Source of the DNA: a virus
Length of the DNA: 64,000 nt
Strand: one strand, 5' to 3'
Virus record (IMG/VR): IMGVR_UViG_3300009448_000011
Span: 32,001-96,000 of that record
The notes beneath the pieces are model-generated. The model was not told the origin of the DNA. It saw nothing but the letters and a program-made list of their open reading frames with translations, and made no database searches. Each line of letters opens with the position of its first letter. Within the stretch, counting starts at the first letter, position 1. The translations under genes and the position numbers were made by a program. Shown in pieces: positions 9,827 to 20,322 of the stretch.

Positions 9827-12067
9827 TTATTGTATCCATTTTAAATACGAAGGATCTATAAAACAACATTTAATTAAATCTTCAGGAGTTCCTACGATAA
9901 CAAGTCCTTCGGGAGTTTTAACTCTACTCAAAGCAGTATAAATCATGCCACTTTGTTTAGATAAGAATCTTTGTCCCTCGCCGTTAATACATAATTGAAC
10001 TTTATCTAAGGTAAGTCCTTGAACTCTGTGTATAGTAGCCGCGCTAGCTAATCTAGCTCTCATAACAGTTAACTTTCCTATGGCTTCTTGTTTGTTTGCA
10101 AAACGATTTTTACTAAAATCAAAATGAAGTAATTCTTGAGGTTTTAAAAATATTTCTTTATTTTTTCTAAGTAATGAAAGATATAAAGTATTTTTCCATA
10201 AATCAGTAACTATGGCAGTATCCCCGTTAGCAAACCCTTCTTTTAAATTATTATATAATAATTGAACTAATGAACCTTTTTTAACTTCTAGCTTTAAAGG
10301 AAAATTATTCCAAGTAGGATGGGGCACACCTGTTAAAGTTGCATAATAACACCTACTTTCTCCTCGTAGTCTTTCAAGACAAATTTTATTATGCATTTCT
10401 ACTTCATTATTTGTTGAAAAAAAAGTAGTACCTCTAAAATAACTATCTACTTCTGGCACAAAACTAATATTATTTTTAAGCCAATCTAAACATTCATGAA
10501 TTTTTCCTTTTCTTATACAACTTAAAGCTTCTATAAACTCTTTATTATCTTGTCTTTTAACTTCTGTTAAATACTTTATTTCAAATCTTTGCCAACATTT
10601 AGCTCTAAAAATAGGGGCCCCTTCTACTGGGGCTAATTGGGCTAAATCTCCACTAATTAATAATCCTAAATCTTTATTATAGTCTTTATTAAATCTATCT
10701 AAAGATAAAACAATTAAATCTAATACGCTGGCGCTTATTAAGGAAATTTCATCAATTACTATATTATTATATTTCTTAGCAATCTTACTTAATGATTTAT
10801 CTATTGTTTTTGTACAAAACGCTCTTAATAAACTTTCTGCATTAAAATATCCTAACGCTGAATTAATAGTGGTAGCTTCTGTAGCATCTCTAATAGATCC
10901 TAAATTTAAAGCAGCTATCCCTGTGGTAGCAGTTCTTAACGCAAATTTAGGATCTTCTTGTATTTTTGAGTTTATATAATAACTATTATGTGTGACTACA
11001 AAGTTTTCCACTACATATGTGTGTAAAGGATTTTCTACCTGTATACATCTGCCATCTTTTTTTCCTACATAAATTATGTCAACTATTTTTTTATTTAAAA
11101 TATCTCCTATTTTTCCTTCTATAAATAAGTCACTTTTTCGTTGTAATGAAAATATATTTAAATTAATTCTAATAGAAACATTGTATTCTGTTGGAAAATT
11201 TTCATTACCTATATATTGTTCTAATTTAGCTATACCCCCTAACGATCTAACTAAAAACATTACATCATTTGCTAATTTATTAGATGTAGTATTAAATGTC
11301 ATTTTTTTAACTTTAGAAGGGCTTAAATTAATATCTCCCCTACTATCCATTAATCCTTTTAATATTTTTAATCTATCTGAAATTGACGAATATAAATAGT
11401 TATTAGGAATAAATTTACAGGAATTATAAAACCACAATAAACCTAAATCTGAAAGATATTGTTTTATTTCACTAGATAGCGTAAATGTACCTGAAGACTT
11501 ATTTAAAGGTGTTTGTAATAATGTAGTTTTAATATTTAAAGGTAATAAGTTATCAAAAATAAGTTTAATTTCTATTGCATCTTTTAAAGGACAACTAACT
11601 GTTATTTGTTCCTGAAAATTTCCATTTCCTAACATATATCCTAATATATAAGGATGTAATGTTAACAGTTGTGCGTTTATATTAATAGGACTACATAAAG
11701 GAATAGAATATTTATAGCTTTTTATTTTATTATCACTTTTAAAATCTTTTAACATTTCTTTTGTAGAAAGCACTTTATACTTATTTCTCTTTAATGATTT
11801 TAAGTTTGTTGTTTGTACTTTCCATAAATGATCTTCACAAGCTTCTATAAACGTGTCGTCATTAAATACTACTTTATATATATTTAAGTCTTTTCCTTCC
11901 CATATATTTAAAATTTTAGTGGGATTTCCATCCTCACATATTACTTCACTATTAATTGTTAATTCTTTATTCTTAATATATCCTTCAGGCGTTAACACTA
12001 ATGTTTCATTTGTTAGTAATTTTCCAGTTCCTGCTGAACCAAATAAAGCGTTTAATCTAGTTTCCAT
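9827..12067 (-). CDS. Pif1/RecD-like SF1B helicase containing an intein
   Basis: GSAGTGK|S Walker A after intein removal; TATTGIAA, IDEISL, GDLAQLAPV, TIHRVQGLT, YTALSR. Confidence 0.9.
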   Translation of the reverse strand: METRLNALFGSAGTGKLLTNETLVLTPEGYIKNKELTINSEVICEDGNPTKILNIWEGKDLNIYKVVFNDDTFIEACEDHLWKVQTTNLKSLKRNKYKVLSTKEMLKDFKSDNKIKSYKYSIPLCSPININAQLLTLHPYILGYMLGNGNFQEQITVSCPLKDAIEIKLIFDNLLPLNIKTTLLQTPLNKSSGTFTLSSEIKQYLSDLGLLWFYNSCKFIPNNYLYSSISDRLKILKGLMDSRGDINLSPSKVKKMTFNTTSNKLANDVMFLVRSLGGIAKLEQYIGNENFPTEYNVSIRINLNIFSLQRKSDLFIEGKIGDILNKKIVDIIYVGKKDGRCIQVENPLHTYVVENFVVTHNSYYINSKIQEDPKFALRTATTGIAALNLGSIRDATEATTINSALGYFNAESLLRAFCTKTIDKSLSKIAKKYNNIVIDEISLISASVLDLIVLSLDRFNKDYNKDLGLLISGDLAQLAPVEGAPIFRAKCWQRFEIKYLTEVKRQDNKEFIEALSCIRKGKIHECLDWLKNNISFVPEVDSYFRGTTFFSTNNEVEMHNKICLERLRGESRCYYATLTGVPHPTWNNFPLKLEVKKGSLVQLLYNNLKEGFANGDTAIVTDLWKNTLYLSLLRKNKEIFLKPQELLHFDFSKNRFANKQEAIGKLTVMRARLASAATIHRVQGLTLDKVQLCINGEGQRFLSKQSGMIYTALSRVKTPEGLVIVGTPEDLIKCCFIDPSYLKWIQ
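10985..12019 (-). mobile_element. Intein (345 aa, class-3 signature) with degenerate LAGLIDADG domain
   Basis: Inserted in the P-loop between K and S; ends VTHN|S; block B HLW, block F GRCIQV; motifs LGYMLGNG and LKGLMDSRG. Confidence 0.85.
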
Positions 12068-12285
12068 TATAAAGAAGTCCTTTTCAAATTATCTACTGAA
12101 AGTTTTTTAACAATAGTATCGCCGTGCACCCAAGCAAGCTCATGTTCATTCAAATAAATTTGTTTATATAAGTCAATCATTTTAGCAAATAATTCTGTAT
12201 ATTCCATACCACTTTGAGTTTTAACAAAGTTGATAAAATAGGAGGATTCTCCTTTTAATACAAGTGTAATAGTAAGTTCATTCAT
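12067..12285 (-). CDS. Small hypothetical protein
   Basis: 72 aa, coupled to the helicase start. Confidence 0.5.
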   Translation of the reverse strand: MNELTITLVLKGESSYFINFVKTQSGMEYTELFAKMIDLYKQIYLNEHELAWVHGDTIVKKLSVDNLKRTSL

Positions 12286-12297
12286 TTTTTAAAGAAT

Positions 12298-12570
12298 TTA
12301 AAATCCTAATTGAATTTTATTTAAATTGTCAAATAAATTGTTATGTGTTTTGGTATCCAGTATTAAATTAGTAAAATTCAAAGACTGATTAAACCTTAAA
12401 GCTTGCGCGGGTGTTAAACTAACACAATATAAATTAAGATCTTTATGTGTATTTATCCTAGCCCTTAATTCTAATTTTGATAAATTTTCTTTACTTAAAA
12501 TTAATTCTGTATCAAATCTTTTTAGTACAGAAGAATACAAAAATACATAAATTTTTTCTTGAGATTTCAT
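12298..12570 (-). CDS. Hypothetical protein
   Basis: 90 aa ORF in operon order. Confidence 0.5.
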   Translation of the reverse strand: MKSQEKIYVFLYSSVLKRFDTELILSKENLSKLELRARINTHKDLNLYCVSLTPAQALRFNQSLNFTNLILDTKTHNNLFDNLNKIQLGF

Positions 12571-12575
12571 GTTAT

Positions 12576-12599
12576 AAAAAAAAAGGGGCTCCCCCCTCT
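12576..12599 (-). terminator. Intrinsic terminator
   Basis: Minus strand AGGGG-GGAG-CCCCT followed by a T-tract, downstream of 12623..13417. Confidence 0.6.
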
Positions 12600-12622
12600 A
12601 AATATTAAATTAATTCGAAAAT

Positions 12623-13417
12623 TTAAACTAGTGAATTAAATTGTGTAAATATTCCTTGCCAACGCCAATCAAATTCAATTTCAGGCATCCAATATATTCC
12701 TTTATGTTTATCACTATAATTAGTAGAAGGCTTAGTTCCCCAAGGATCATAGATTAAGAATCCTTTAGTTTTATCATAATCAACAATTACAATAATATGC
12801 CCCCCAGCTCTAAAACTTTTTGTTAAACCTTTGTGGTAAATATTAACACAAGTAATTTTAGTTTTATCTAATTCTTCTAAAAGTGCTTTTTTACCTGCAT
12901 TGGAATACTTACATTTAACTCCAAAAGACTTACAAACATTATGTACTATATCCCATGAAGCAGAATTGTTATTAGCATATTTTCCATATTTATTAGAATA
13001 TACCCTAGTAACAAATTCATTGTCATTTACTAACTGCCCTTTATTATTTTTTCTTAATATAAAATCTACATACATTGAGTGGCTAGAAGAACTACAAGAA
13101 ATTGCCCAAGATTGAACATTATCTCTTTGACTAAAATACTTAATAGATAAATCTTCTGCTTTTTGTGTATTTTGTTGAAATAAATTAGTCCGCCATAACG
13201 CAATAAACTTATCAAGCGTTGGTTTACTTAATTGTAATTCTAACCAACTTAGATCTGCCTCTGTAGCCTCAATCCAATCAGAACTTTTTATTAACTTTAA
13301 TTTTGTAGCCGCAGGAGTCTTTAATAATAAATTACCCAGATACTCTACTGCCTCAATTTGATGCGGTTCTTTTTTATAATACTTCTTAACATTAATAAGC
13401 GATATATTTGTGCTCAT
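12623..13417 (-). CDS. Peptidase C39-like cell-wall hydrolase/endolysin candidate
   Basis: YFSQRDN...SCSSSS (Cys), GGHIIVI (His), DPWG (Asp). Confidence 0.7.
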   Translation of the reverse strand: MSTNISLINVKKYYKKEPHQIEAVEYLGNLLLKTPAATKLKLIKSSDWIEATEADLSWLELQLSKPTLDKFIALWRTNLFQQNTQKAEDLSIKYFSQRDNVQSWAISCSSSSHSMYVDFILRKNNKGQLVNDNEFVTRVYSNKYGKYANNNSASWDIVHNVCKSFGVKCKYSNAGKKALLEELDKTKITCVNIYHKGLTKSFRAGGHIIVIVDYDKTKGFLIYDPWGTKPSTNYSDKHKGIYWMPEIEFDWRWQGIFTQFNSLV

Positions 13418-13901
13418 CTATTTCTATTTACTTCTATTTTTACATTTTACATTTTACATTTTAAGTTAAAATTAACGGTAAAAAGTAATTAAAACATTAA
13501 AATTAAAATTAAAATAAATTTTCTAATTAATTCAAAACATACTCTTACTACTTTTTCAATAAAAGAATAAAAAGGATTTAATACATATATCTGCACAATA
13601 ATTAGTGTTTGTTCAGGATAATGTAAAAAGTAAAAATACCCTTCTTTTACTTTATTTATTAAGTTTTTCATAAGCTTTTTATTATTTTTTTAATGGTAAT
13701 TAATTTACCTAAAATTTTAATACTTGGTTTTTTGTTTTGTAAGACACAATATAGACAATATTTTAACCAAGTCTCTCTACAAAAGTAAGCACAATACATA
13801 TGTACGTATATACTTACAGATAATTTGTTTAATAAAGATTTCATTTTTTTAATTAAATGAGAATTCCCCCGTCAAGCAAGTGCGCTATAACGGTGGATAG
13901 T

Positions 13902-14318
13902 TCACATTAGGCGTATTTTCAATTCAGTATATTTTAAATTATGGGATAGTTTAAAAACTTCTACGTCATATAAACAACAGATCTTTTCAAACACATCATA
14001 ACCTTTCCAAGTACTTAAGCCTTTGCCAAACAAAACAATTAATAATTTTTTAGGAGGATTAAAAAAATAAGAATAACACAAAATTTGGCCTAGGGCTTCT
14101 TTTGCATTAGTATATATTTTGAATTCTACTATATATTTTTGAGTAACTAGATCAATATAACCTAAAGGAGTTTTAACTTCTGATTTTCCTAAATGTCTAA
14201 AATTATCTACACATTGTTTTTCTTGACCTTTATTAGGTGTTTTAATTTTACGGGGCTTTTTTGCTTTAATTAAGGCATTAGCTAGTAATTGTTGTCTAGG
14301 TGACGTAGGCTTAGTCAT
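13902..14318 (-). CDS. PD-(D/E)xK nuclease-domain protein
   Basis: EVKTPLGYIDL...IVEFK...ALGQILCY. Confidence 0.7.
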   Translation of the reverse strand: MTKPTSPRQQLLANALIKAKKPRKIKTPNKGQEKQCVDNFRHLGKSEVKTPLGYIDLVTQKYIVEFKIYTNAKEALGQILCYSYFFNPPKKLLIVLFGKGLSTWKGYDVFEKICCLYDVEVFKLSHNLKYTELKIRLM

Positions 14319-14868
14319 TTAAAATAGTAAACACAAGGTCATATATAGCATCTGTAAATAATTGCGAACCATCATTTTGTATTACAGTAGTACATATATC
14401 AGGCCCTAAATCTAAATAGCTTCTACTATCCCCGTTAAATGTATGCCCTTCTCTTTCAATTTTTACTAGAATTATATTATGAGCTCCGTATTCTTTTATT
14501 AACACTTCAGCTTCTTCTGTGAATCCACTATCAGAAATAACAATTAATTTATTGTTATACTCTTTTAATTCTTCTGCTAAGATTTTACCAAATATATTTT
14601 TTCCATGAGTTGGTTTAAAATATAATTCAGATACATTTATATATGCTTGACGTGGTGTAATTCCATAAAAGTCACAATTAGGAAGATCTTTTACTTCTTC
14701 ATAATAATTATAAGGACGATTAATAAATCCATATAAGGCATGAGTCTTTTCTTTAAGGATGCCTGCAAATTTTACTTGTCTAGTATTTTTAAAAGTTTTA
14801 ACTATATAAGTTGCTGCAAAATCTTTGCCACTACTAGGTGGCCCATTAAGTAATATAATTTTCATCAA
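14311..14868 (-). CDS. Deoxynucleoside monophosphate kinase
   Basis: NGPPSSGKD P-loop, TPRQ, VISDSGF.EE. Confidence 0.8.
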   Translation of the reverse strand: MMKIILLNGPPSSGKDFAATYIVKTFKNTRQVKFAGILKEKTHALYGFINRPYNYYEEVKDLPNCDFYGITPRQAYINVSELYFKPTHGKNIFGKILAEELKEYNNKLIVISDSGFTEEAEVLIKEYGAHNIILVKIEREGHTFNGDSRSYLDLGPDICTTVIQNDGSQLFTDAIYDLVFTILND

Positions 14869-14927
14869 ATAACAATATAAATTTTTTTGTAATCAATTCC
14901 CTTCAGACATACCTATCCTATGTCAAC

Positions 14928-16523
14928 TTAATTCTTGCTCTCCAATTGAGTAGTTTTATTATTAACTTTTAAGCCAGCGTATTCGTCTTTTATAGCCTTA
15001 ATGGTTATATTAATTAAGTCAGCATATGCCTTTGCAACTTCACATTTAATAACTGAAACATTATTAATTTTGTGAAATATTAATTGTTGCGATAATTCTT
15101 CGTTAGGTTGTTCGTTAATAGGAAAAGCAGAACCTGAAATTGTGGCGAATCCAAATTGATCAATATTAACTACTGTTTTGTTATCAACACCTAGTGCTTG
15201 ATTAAGTAACAAAACATTATTATATGAAACTCTTGCTTCAACTTTAGACATAGGTTTTAATTCAATTTGTAATATATTAGACAATTGTTTTAATTTAATT
15301 AAAGCTGAACTTAATAGAATACCGCCATCGTGTTGATACGATACAGATTCATTATGCAAATCTTTCAAATATTCTCTTTCATATCTTTGAAGATTCTCAG
15401 ATGTTTTGGCCATTTTGGAAAATGATTTACAAGTTTGCATCCATTTGCTTAATTTCTTTGTAAACTTTTTAAGTGCAGTACCTAGCACTATTAATACTTT
15501 CAATTGACCAAGGAAGTTCAACTTACCTGCAATTTCATCATTCAAAATTAACTTTTGCAAAGTAAATCTATTTTTAGACGCCACTTTGTTAAGAGTTCTA
15601 GGAATACGCGCACCGTTCAAAACACTTAAAAATGCAATTTTTAAACTTCCTTTTGTTAATTCAGGAATATTAATTTCATTATTAAGAATTCCTTCTAGCC
15701 CACTAGAGTCAAACATTTTTGTTAAATGTTGATGTGCAATAGTAATATGACATTTAACTGCGTCAACATTAATAGTCTCAGCTCCTGACATCGAGTAAGA
15801 CCTTAATTCTTTTGATAGATTCAAATAGCCGCCGCCAACCTCATACAATCTACAACCCTGTACAGGTTCAATATACTCAGGAATATACTTAAATATACCA
15901 CTTGAAAAATCTCTTGAAGTAGTACGCGCCAACATTGCTTGAAAACACCGTATATTGTGCGCCAACTTTAATTTTAAACTTTTTCTTTTTTTTAAATTTG
16001 TTTGTTGTTTAAACTCGGTATGAATATTTCGTAATCCCGCTATAATACCAAAAGCATTAAAAGGACATTCTTTCTGATCTTTGAATTTAAATCTATTTTT
16101 TTTAATTAAAGATTTTGCACTCAACGAAACATTTTCCAAAACAGAATAAGTACGTTTTTTTAAACCACTTTTAACCAACAATTCTTTAATTGCCAAATCA
16201 TCTAAAGTTTCAATCACAATAGGTGCAACTTTAAAAGCTGTACAAAAATGACGATATTGATTATATCCTGATTTTGTAATTAAACCTTTGGCGATTAAAG
16301 AATTAACATTGGCGCCTTGAAAAAACTTTTGTTTAAAAGACCAAGGAATAGGCACGCCTAGCCAATTATCATCTTTGTTTACAGCCAAATTATTTAAATG
16401 ACAATTTAACAAATGAATGAACCACATTTTTGTTTTTTCATTTTCACCCAATAACAAATCTTGCAAATATTCATTTTGCAATTTATAGACTCTTAAAGAA
16501 CATTGAGTGAATAATTTAGTCAT
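14928..16523 (-). CDS. Divergent family-A polymerase-like (TV-Pol-like) protein
   Basis: GCRLY...YLNLSKELR...INVDAVKCH (motif A-like), LKIAF (B-like), YQHDGG (C-like). Confidence 0.5.
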   Translation of the reverse strand: MTKLFTQCSLRVYKLQNEYLQDLLLGENEKTKMWFIHLLNCHLNNLAVNKDDNWLGVPIPWSFKQKFFQGANVNSLIAKGLITKSGYNQYRHFCTAFKVAPIVIETLDDLAIKELLVKSGLKKRTYSVLENVSLSAKSLIKKNRFKFKDQKECPFNAFGIIAGLRNIHTEFKQQTNLKKRKSLKLKLAHNIRCFQAMLARTTSRDFSSGIFKYIPEYIEPVQGCRLYEVGGGYLNLSKELRSYSMSGAETINVDAVKCHITIAHQHLTKMFDSSGLEGILNNEINIPELTKGSLKIAFLSVLNGARIPRTLNKVASKNRFTLQKLILNDEIAGKLNFLGQLKVLIVLGTALKKFTKKLSKWMQTCKSFSKMAKTSENLQRYEREYLKDLHNESVSYQHDGGILLSSALIKLKQLSNILQIELKPMSKVEARVSYNNVLLLNQALGVDNKTVVNIDQFGFATISGSAFPINEQPNEELSQQLIFHKINNVSVIKCEVAKAYADLINITIKAIKDEYAGLKVNNKTTQLESKN

Positions 16524-16530
16524 TCAGATA

Positions 16531-16971
16531 TTATAACACATGTTTAAGATGAAGGTGAGAAAAAATAGAATCAAGGTTAGAACATTTTTCAAAATTAAGA
16601 AAAAAAGGATGGTGATAGAATTTTGGAGGGAGTCCCACCAAAATTACTCGTTTTCCAAGTTCTAGGGCCATGCCCAATTCCAGTAGAGTGCCTATCATAG
16701 GAAGATGCCCCAAAGTATCTACCTTTGCAATGATGATATCTGAGTGTTTAATGTCCCAGCGATCACGTCGTAGAATATACAAAGGATTGGTGGTTAAGTT
16801 CGCATCATTTAAAATTTCGGTAGAAAGATATTCAAGTGAATTTAAATAGCGAGTAGGTGACAAAACATTATATCCGTATTTTGTTAATGAAGTCCCAAGA
16901 GTTTCTCGCCACTGAGTAGCTTCCTTAAAAATTAATCCGTTAATACTGCCTGCCAAATAGACTGTTTTCAT
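16531..16971 (-). CDS. Nucleoside 2-deoxyribosyltransferase family
   Basis: VYLAGSI, RDRWDIKHSDII, GTLLELGMA. Confidence 0.8.
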   Translation of the reverse strand: MKTVYLAGSINGLIFKEATQWRETLGTSLTKYGYNVLSPTRYLNSLEYLSTEILNDANLTTNPLYILRRDRWDIKHSDIIIAKVDTLGHLPMIGTLLELGMALELGKRVILVGLPPKFYHHPFFLNFEKCSNLDSIFSHLHLKHVL

Positions 16972-16975
16972 TATT

Positions 16976-17410
16976 TTAAAGTTTTTTTTCCTGATAAGAA
17001 CCCGACAATATTAAATCACCTTGACTTAAATCTTTGTTTTGTTTGTACCCAAAAGTCCGCCTTGTTTTAAAAGAATCGTTTAAAAATACAATTTTTTCAT
17101 CAAAAATGACATTATTATAGATTGTAAGTGTATGCAATACTTTGTGTGAAATAGAAAGAATGCGGGAAGTAGTAGGATGAGAGGTAAAGTAGCCAGAGCC
17201 CCGTTGTATTTGAGTATCGTCGTTAAAAGTACAATTAAAAGAACCTTTGCCGTTAATGGAAGACCAAACAACGTCATAATAGTTAACAAAAGGATTAGTC
17301 CAAGTAAAGGTAGTAATGAAACTTTTGATAGTGCCGGAAGTAGGATAAAGATAAGTACGATGACTTTCCCAAGTACCCAAACTGCGATTAAAAAAAGAAG
17401 TTAATTTCAT
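16976..17410 (-). CDS. CpcS/CpeS-type phycobiliprotein lyase
   Basis: FFNRSLGTWESHRT, GYFT..P, EKIVFLND..RT, terminal SYQEKK resemble the CpeS/CpcS barrel. Confidence 0.7.
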   Translation of the reverse strand: MKLTSFFNRSLGTWESHRTYLYPTSGTIKSFITTFTWTNPFVNYYDVVWSSINGKGSFNCTFNDDTQIQRGSGYFTSHPTTSRILSISHKVLHTLTIYNNVIFDEKIVFLNDSFKTRRTFGYKQNKDLSQGDLILSGSYQEKKL

Positions 17411-18906
17411 AAAAGGTTAATATTTTCTTTACCATATATAGTAGTAGCAATTTGAATTCTATTTTGGGATTGATTTTTAAACCAAAACTGAGTATCTATA
17501 AAATCAATAACAGTAGGAAATTGTTTGCCGTCTTTCTTACGTAATAAACGGCCGACGCGTTGTATAAAATCATTACTAGATTTACCTGCGGCGGCCAAAA
17601 TAATACTAGAAAGACTAGGAATATTGATACCTGCAGTAAGAACTTTAGGACCAGCAATAACGCCATTTATTTTACTATCCTTTAAATCTTGAATAATAAG
17701 TTCTCTTTTTTTCTTAGAAAGATAGCCACTAATAATAGGAAAATTCAAACCATGTTGTGATAAGAGAGAAGAAATAATATCAGCATGATTGCCATCGCCT
17801 TTAACTTTATTAACAATAATAATAATAGGACCTTGTTTCTTATTAACTTCTTCAATTGCTTTAGTAACAATAATATGATTACGACCTGAATTATTTATAA
17901 TTAAATTATTATAAACAAGAGGTAAAATTTTATATCTATGAGAGTCAGAAAGAGTACTAATATTAGCGGCATTTTTTTGCAAAGAAGTAGGTAAAAACCC
18001 TTTAGGAGAAGTATAGAAATAAAATTTAGGTTGCATTATAATATTTTGTTGTATTAAATCCAGTTCAGAGATAGTACAAATACGAGAACCAAAAAAGGCT
18101 TCTAAAAAGAGAGAGTGAGGGCCAACAATGTCGGGAGTAGCAGAAAAAGCCAAAGAAATGCGGCGATTAGTTAAGTGTTCAATTAAAGATTGAAAAGTAG
18201 GATTACAAGTTAAATGACATTCATCAGTCAACAAAACATCGACAGAATTTAAATAAGATTTTGATTTAGATAAATTAGATAAAGAATTAGGAATACCGAC
18301 AGTGACATCATTAAAGATATAATGTCCATCGCCGACAATACCGATATTAATTAAAGGAGAATGAGAGAGAGAAAAATAGTCATTAATATCGTGAGTCATT
18401 TGATATAACAAATTAATAGTAGGAACTGTAATTAATACTTTCAAATGATCTTGAGTAAATATTTTAACTAATTCGCCGATACAGAAACTTTTCCCAGAAC
18501 TAGTAGGAGATTTTACAATGCCGCGTTTAAATTGTAAACAAGAGGTTACAATTTGTTTTTGGTGAGGACGTAAGATAGAGCTAAGAGAGAGAGAGTGAGG
18601 AATATATTTAGGAATAGTAGAAACAATTTCCAAATCAGAGCGTGAAATAACGGTATTATCGTCCCAAATATCTGTTAAGAGTCTAGAAATAAAACCTGAG
18701 TACAAAAAAACATCCCAAGTATTATTATTATTTTTAGTAGCTTTAAAGAGATATTTTTTAGTAGCGGCAAGAGTCAAACAATTAGGACTAAAAAGAGATA
18801 GAGTAGCTTCATCAATAAAGTGTACTAATTCTTTAGATAAATACTCTACATACTCTCGGGGACATTCTTTCAATATAGAATATGTAGGTGAATATTTTAT
18901 TTTCAT
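17407..18906 (-). CDS. SF2 DNA helicase (UvsW-like)
   Basis: LRPHQ, SPTSSGKS, DECH, SATP, GINIP, QRVGRLLR. Confidence 0.9.
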   Translation of the reverse strand: MKIKYSPTYSILKECPREYVEYLSKELVHFIDEATLSLFSPNCLTLAATKKYLFKATKNNNNTWDVFLYSGFISRLLTDIWDDNTVISRSDLEIVSTIPKYIPHSLSLSSILRPHQKQIVTSCLQFKRGIVKSPTSSGKSFCIGELVKIFTQDHLKVLITVPTINLLYQMTHDINDYFSLSHSPLINIGIVGDGHYIFNDVTVGIPNSLSNLSKSKSYLNSVDVLLTDECHLTCNPTFQSLIEHLTNRRISLAFSATPDIVGPHSLFLEAFFGSRICTISELDLIQQNIIMQPKFYFYTSPKGFLPTSLQKNAANISTLSDSHRYKILPLVYNNLIINNSGRNHIIVTKAIEEVNKKQGPIIIIVNKVKGDGNHADIISSLLSQHGLNFPIISGYLSKKKRELIIQDLKDSKINGVIAGPKVLTAGINIPSLSSIILAAAGKSSNDFIQRVGRLLRKKDGKQFPTVIDFIDTQFWFKNQSQNRIQIATTIYGKENINLL

Positions 18907-19049
18907 ATGACATATTTAATCTTTTTAAATACCAGTTAATATATTTTAACACAATTTTTATTTTACCTAAAACATATTAACTAGTTAATTTAAAAAAAAT
19001 AAATTAAAGAGGGAGAGAGAGAGAAGTTAAGGAAGAATAATATATTTAA

Positions 19050-20303
19050 TTAAAAAGGCATACTATCGAGATCATAATCAGAAGGCTGAGAGATAGTACG
19101 AATAGAAGGAGAAGGAGAAGGAGAAGGAGAGGAAGGGACATTAATAGTACCATCGACTTGAATAGAAGTAGAAGGTTCAAGAGTTAAAGATTCAATAGTA
19201 GGAGAAGGAACTTCAACGGACCAAGATTTAAAAGCACGAGAATACTCAGGAATAAAAACTGCGCCGAGACTTCCAAAATGAGCTTGAAAGAGAGGAGAAG
19301 GGCCAGGGCTTTTGCGATAAGTCAAAGAAAGATAGTGAAATACAGGATTACGGAGGGGATCACGAGAATTTTTAAATTGGAAATGTAAGTCGCGACAATA
19401 AGATTCAAAACCAACGACAGAAAGATCAGGATCTCTTTTACCATTAGAGGATTTAATAGAGCGACCTTGAATATTAGTTTTACTTAAAGGAACTTCCATA
19501 AAAACAAATTCGCCAATATTGTTGCCATTAAGATCTAAAAGAGAAGAAACAGGATAGCTAACATTAGACATAACATAAGAAGATTTGCCATTAGCATCAG
19601 TTGTTTTAACATTTTTACGAACAAGGACTTCAAAAACAGCGAGATAAAGTTTGCCACGAGGGTCGCAAGAAATACGTTTATCAGAACCACCGTCACCAAT
19701 ACCGGGAATAACTTCAGTAGAGAAGCCACATTTAATACAATCAGAACAACTAGTAGTTTTTTCGCCTCTATAACCGACTAAGCCCAATTTTTCCACAGAA
19801 GGATTAGGTTTAGTATTATTAACAGACCATTTATTAGTAGACATATCCTTTTCAAAAGCATACTTCATACCATAAGGAACAGTAGGAAGAGCTTTAATTA
19901 ATTGACCTTTCTCTGTATAGCCAAGAACAGAACAAAGAACATTTGTTTTTTCACCATCAAAATATCTTAATTCATCACGTTGTTGATAGAGCATTACAGC
20001 GCCACGAAGTTCAATTACATTACCTAATTCAATAGGCTCACCACCTTCTTCTTTAGGAGGTAGAAATAGATATTCACTTTCTCTAATAGAGGGATTACCA
20101 TCATTATGTAAAGAAGTCCATTTAATAACACCATCAGATTTATGTGTATCAAAAACACTTCTAATTTTTTTAGGACGAGAATAAGAAGTAGATTTTTTAC
20201 TACCACCTCCTGAATAAAAATCAGAAGAACTATCCAAGTTAATATTTAATTCTTCCGCCAATAACAATAAATCATTATTATTTGTTTTAATTAAATCCGA
20301 CAT
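19050..20303 (-). CDS. Probable single-stranded DNA-binding protein
   Basis: Replication context, SP-repeat linker, acidic C-terminal tail ending DSMPF (SSB-tail-like). Confidence 0.5.
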   Translation of the reverse strand: MSDLIKTNNNDLLLLAEELNINLDSSSDFYSGGGSKKSTSYSRPKKIRSVFDTHKSDGVIKWTSLHNDGNPSIRESEYLFLPPKEEGGEPIELGNVIELRGAVMLYQQRDELRYFDGEKTNVLCSVLGYTEKGQLIKALPTVPYGMKYAFEKDMSTNKWSVNNTKPNPSVEKLGLVGYRGEKTTSCSDCIKCGFSTEVIPGIGDGGSDKRISCDPRGKLYLAVFEVLVRKNVKTTDANGKSSYVMSNVSYPVSSLLDLNGNNIGEFVFMEVPLSKTNIQGRSIKSSNGKRDPDLSVVGFESYCRDLHFQFKNSRDPLRNPVFHYLSLTYRKSPGPSPLFQAHFGSLGAVFIPEYSRAFKSWSVEVPSPTIESLTLEPSTSIQVDGTINVPSSPSPSPSPSIRTISQPSDYDLDSMPF

Positions 20304-20322
20304 TTTAAATTTCCTTATTTGA

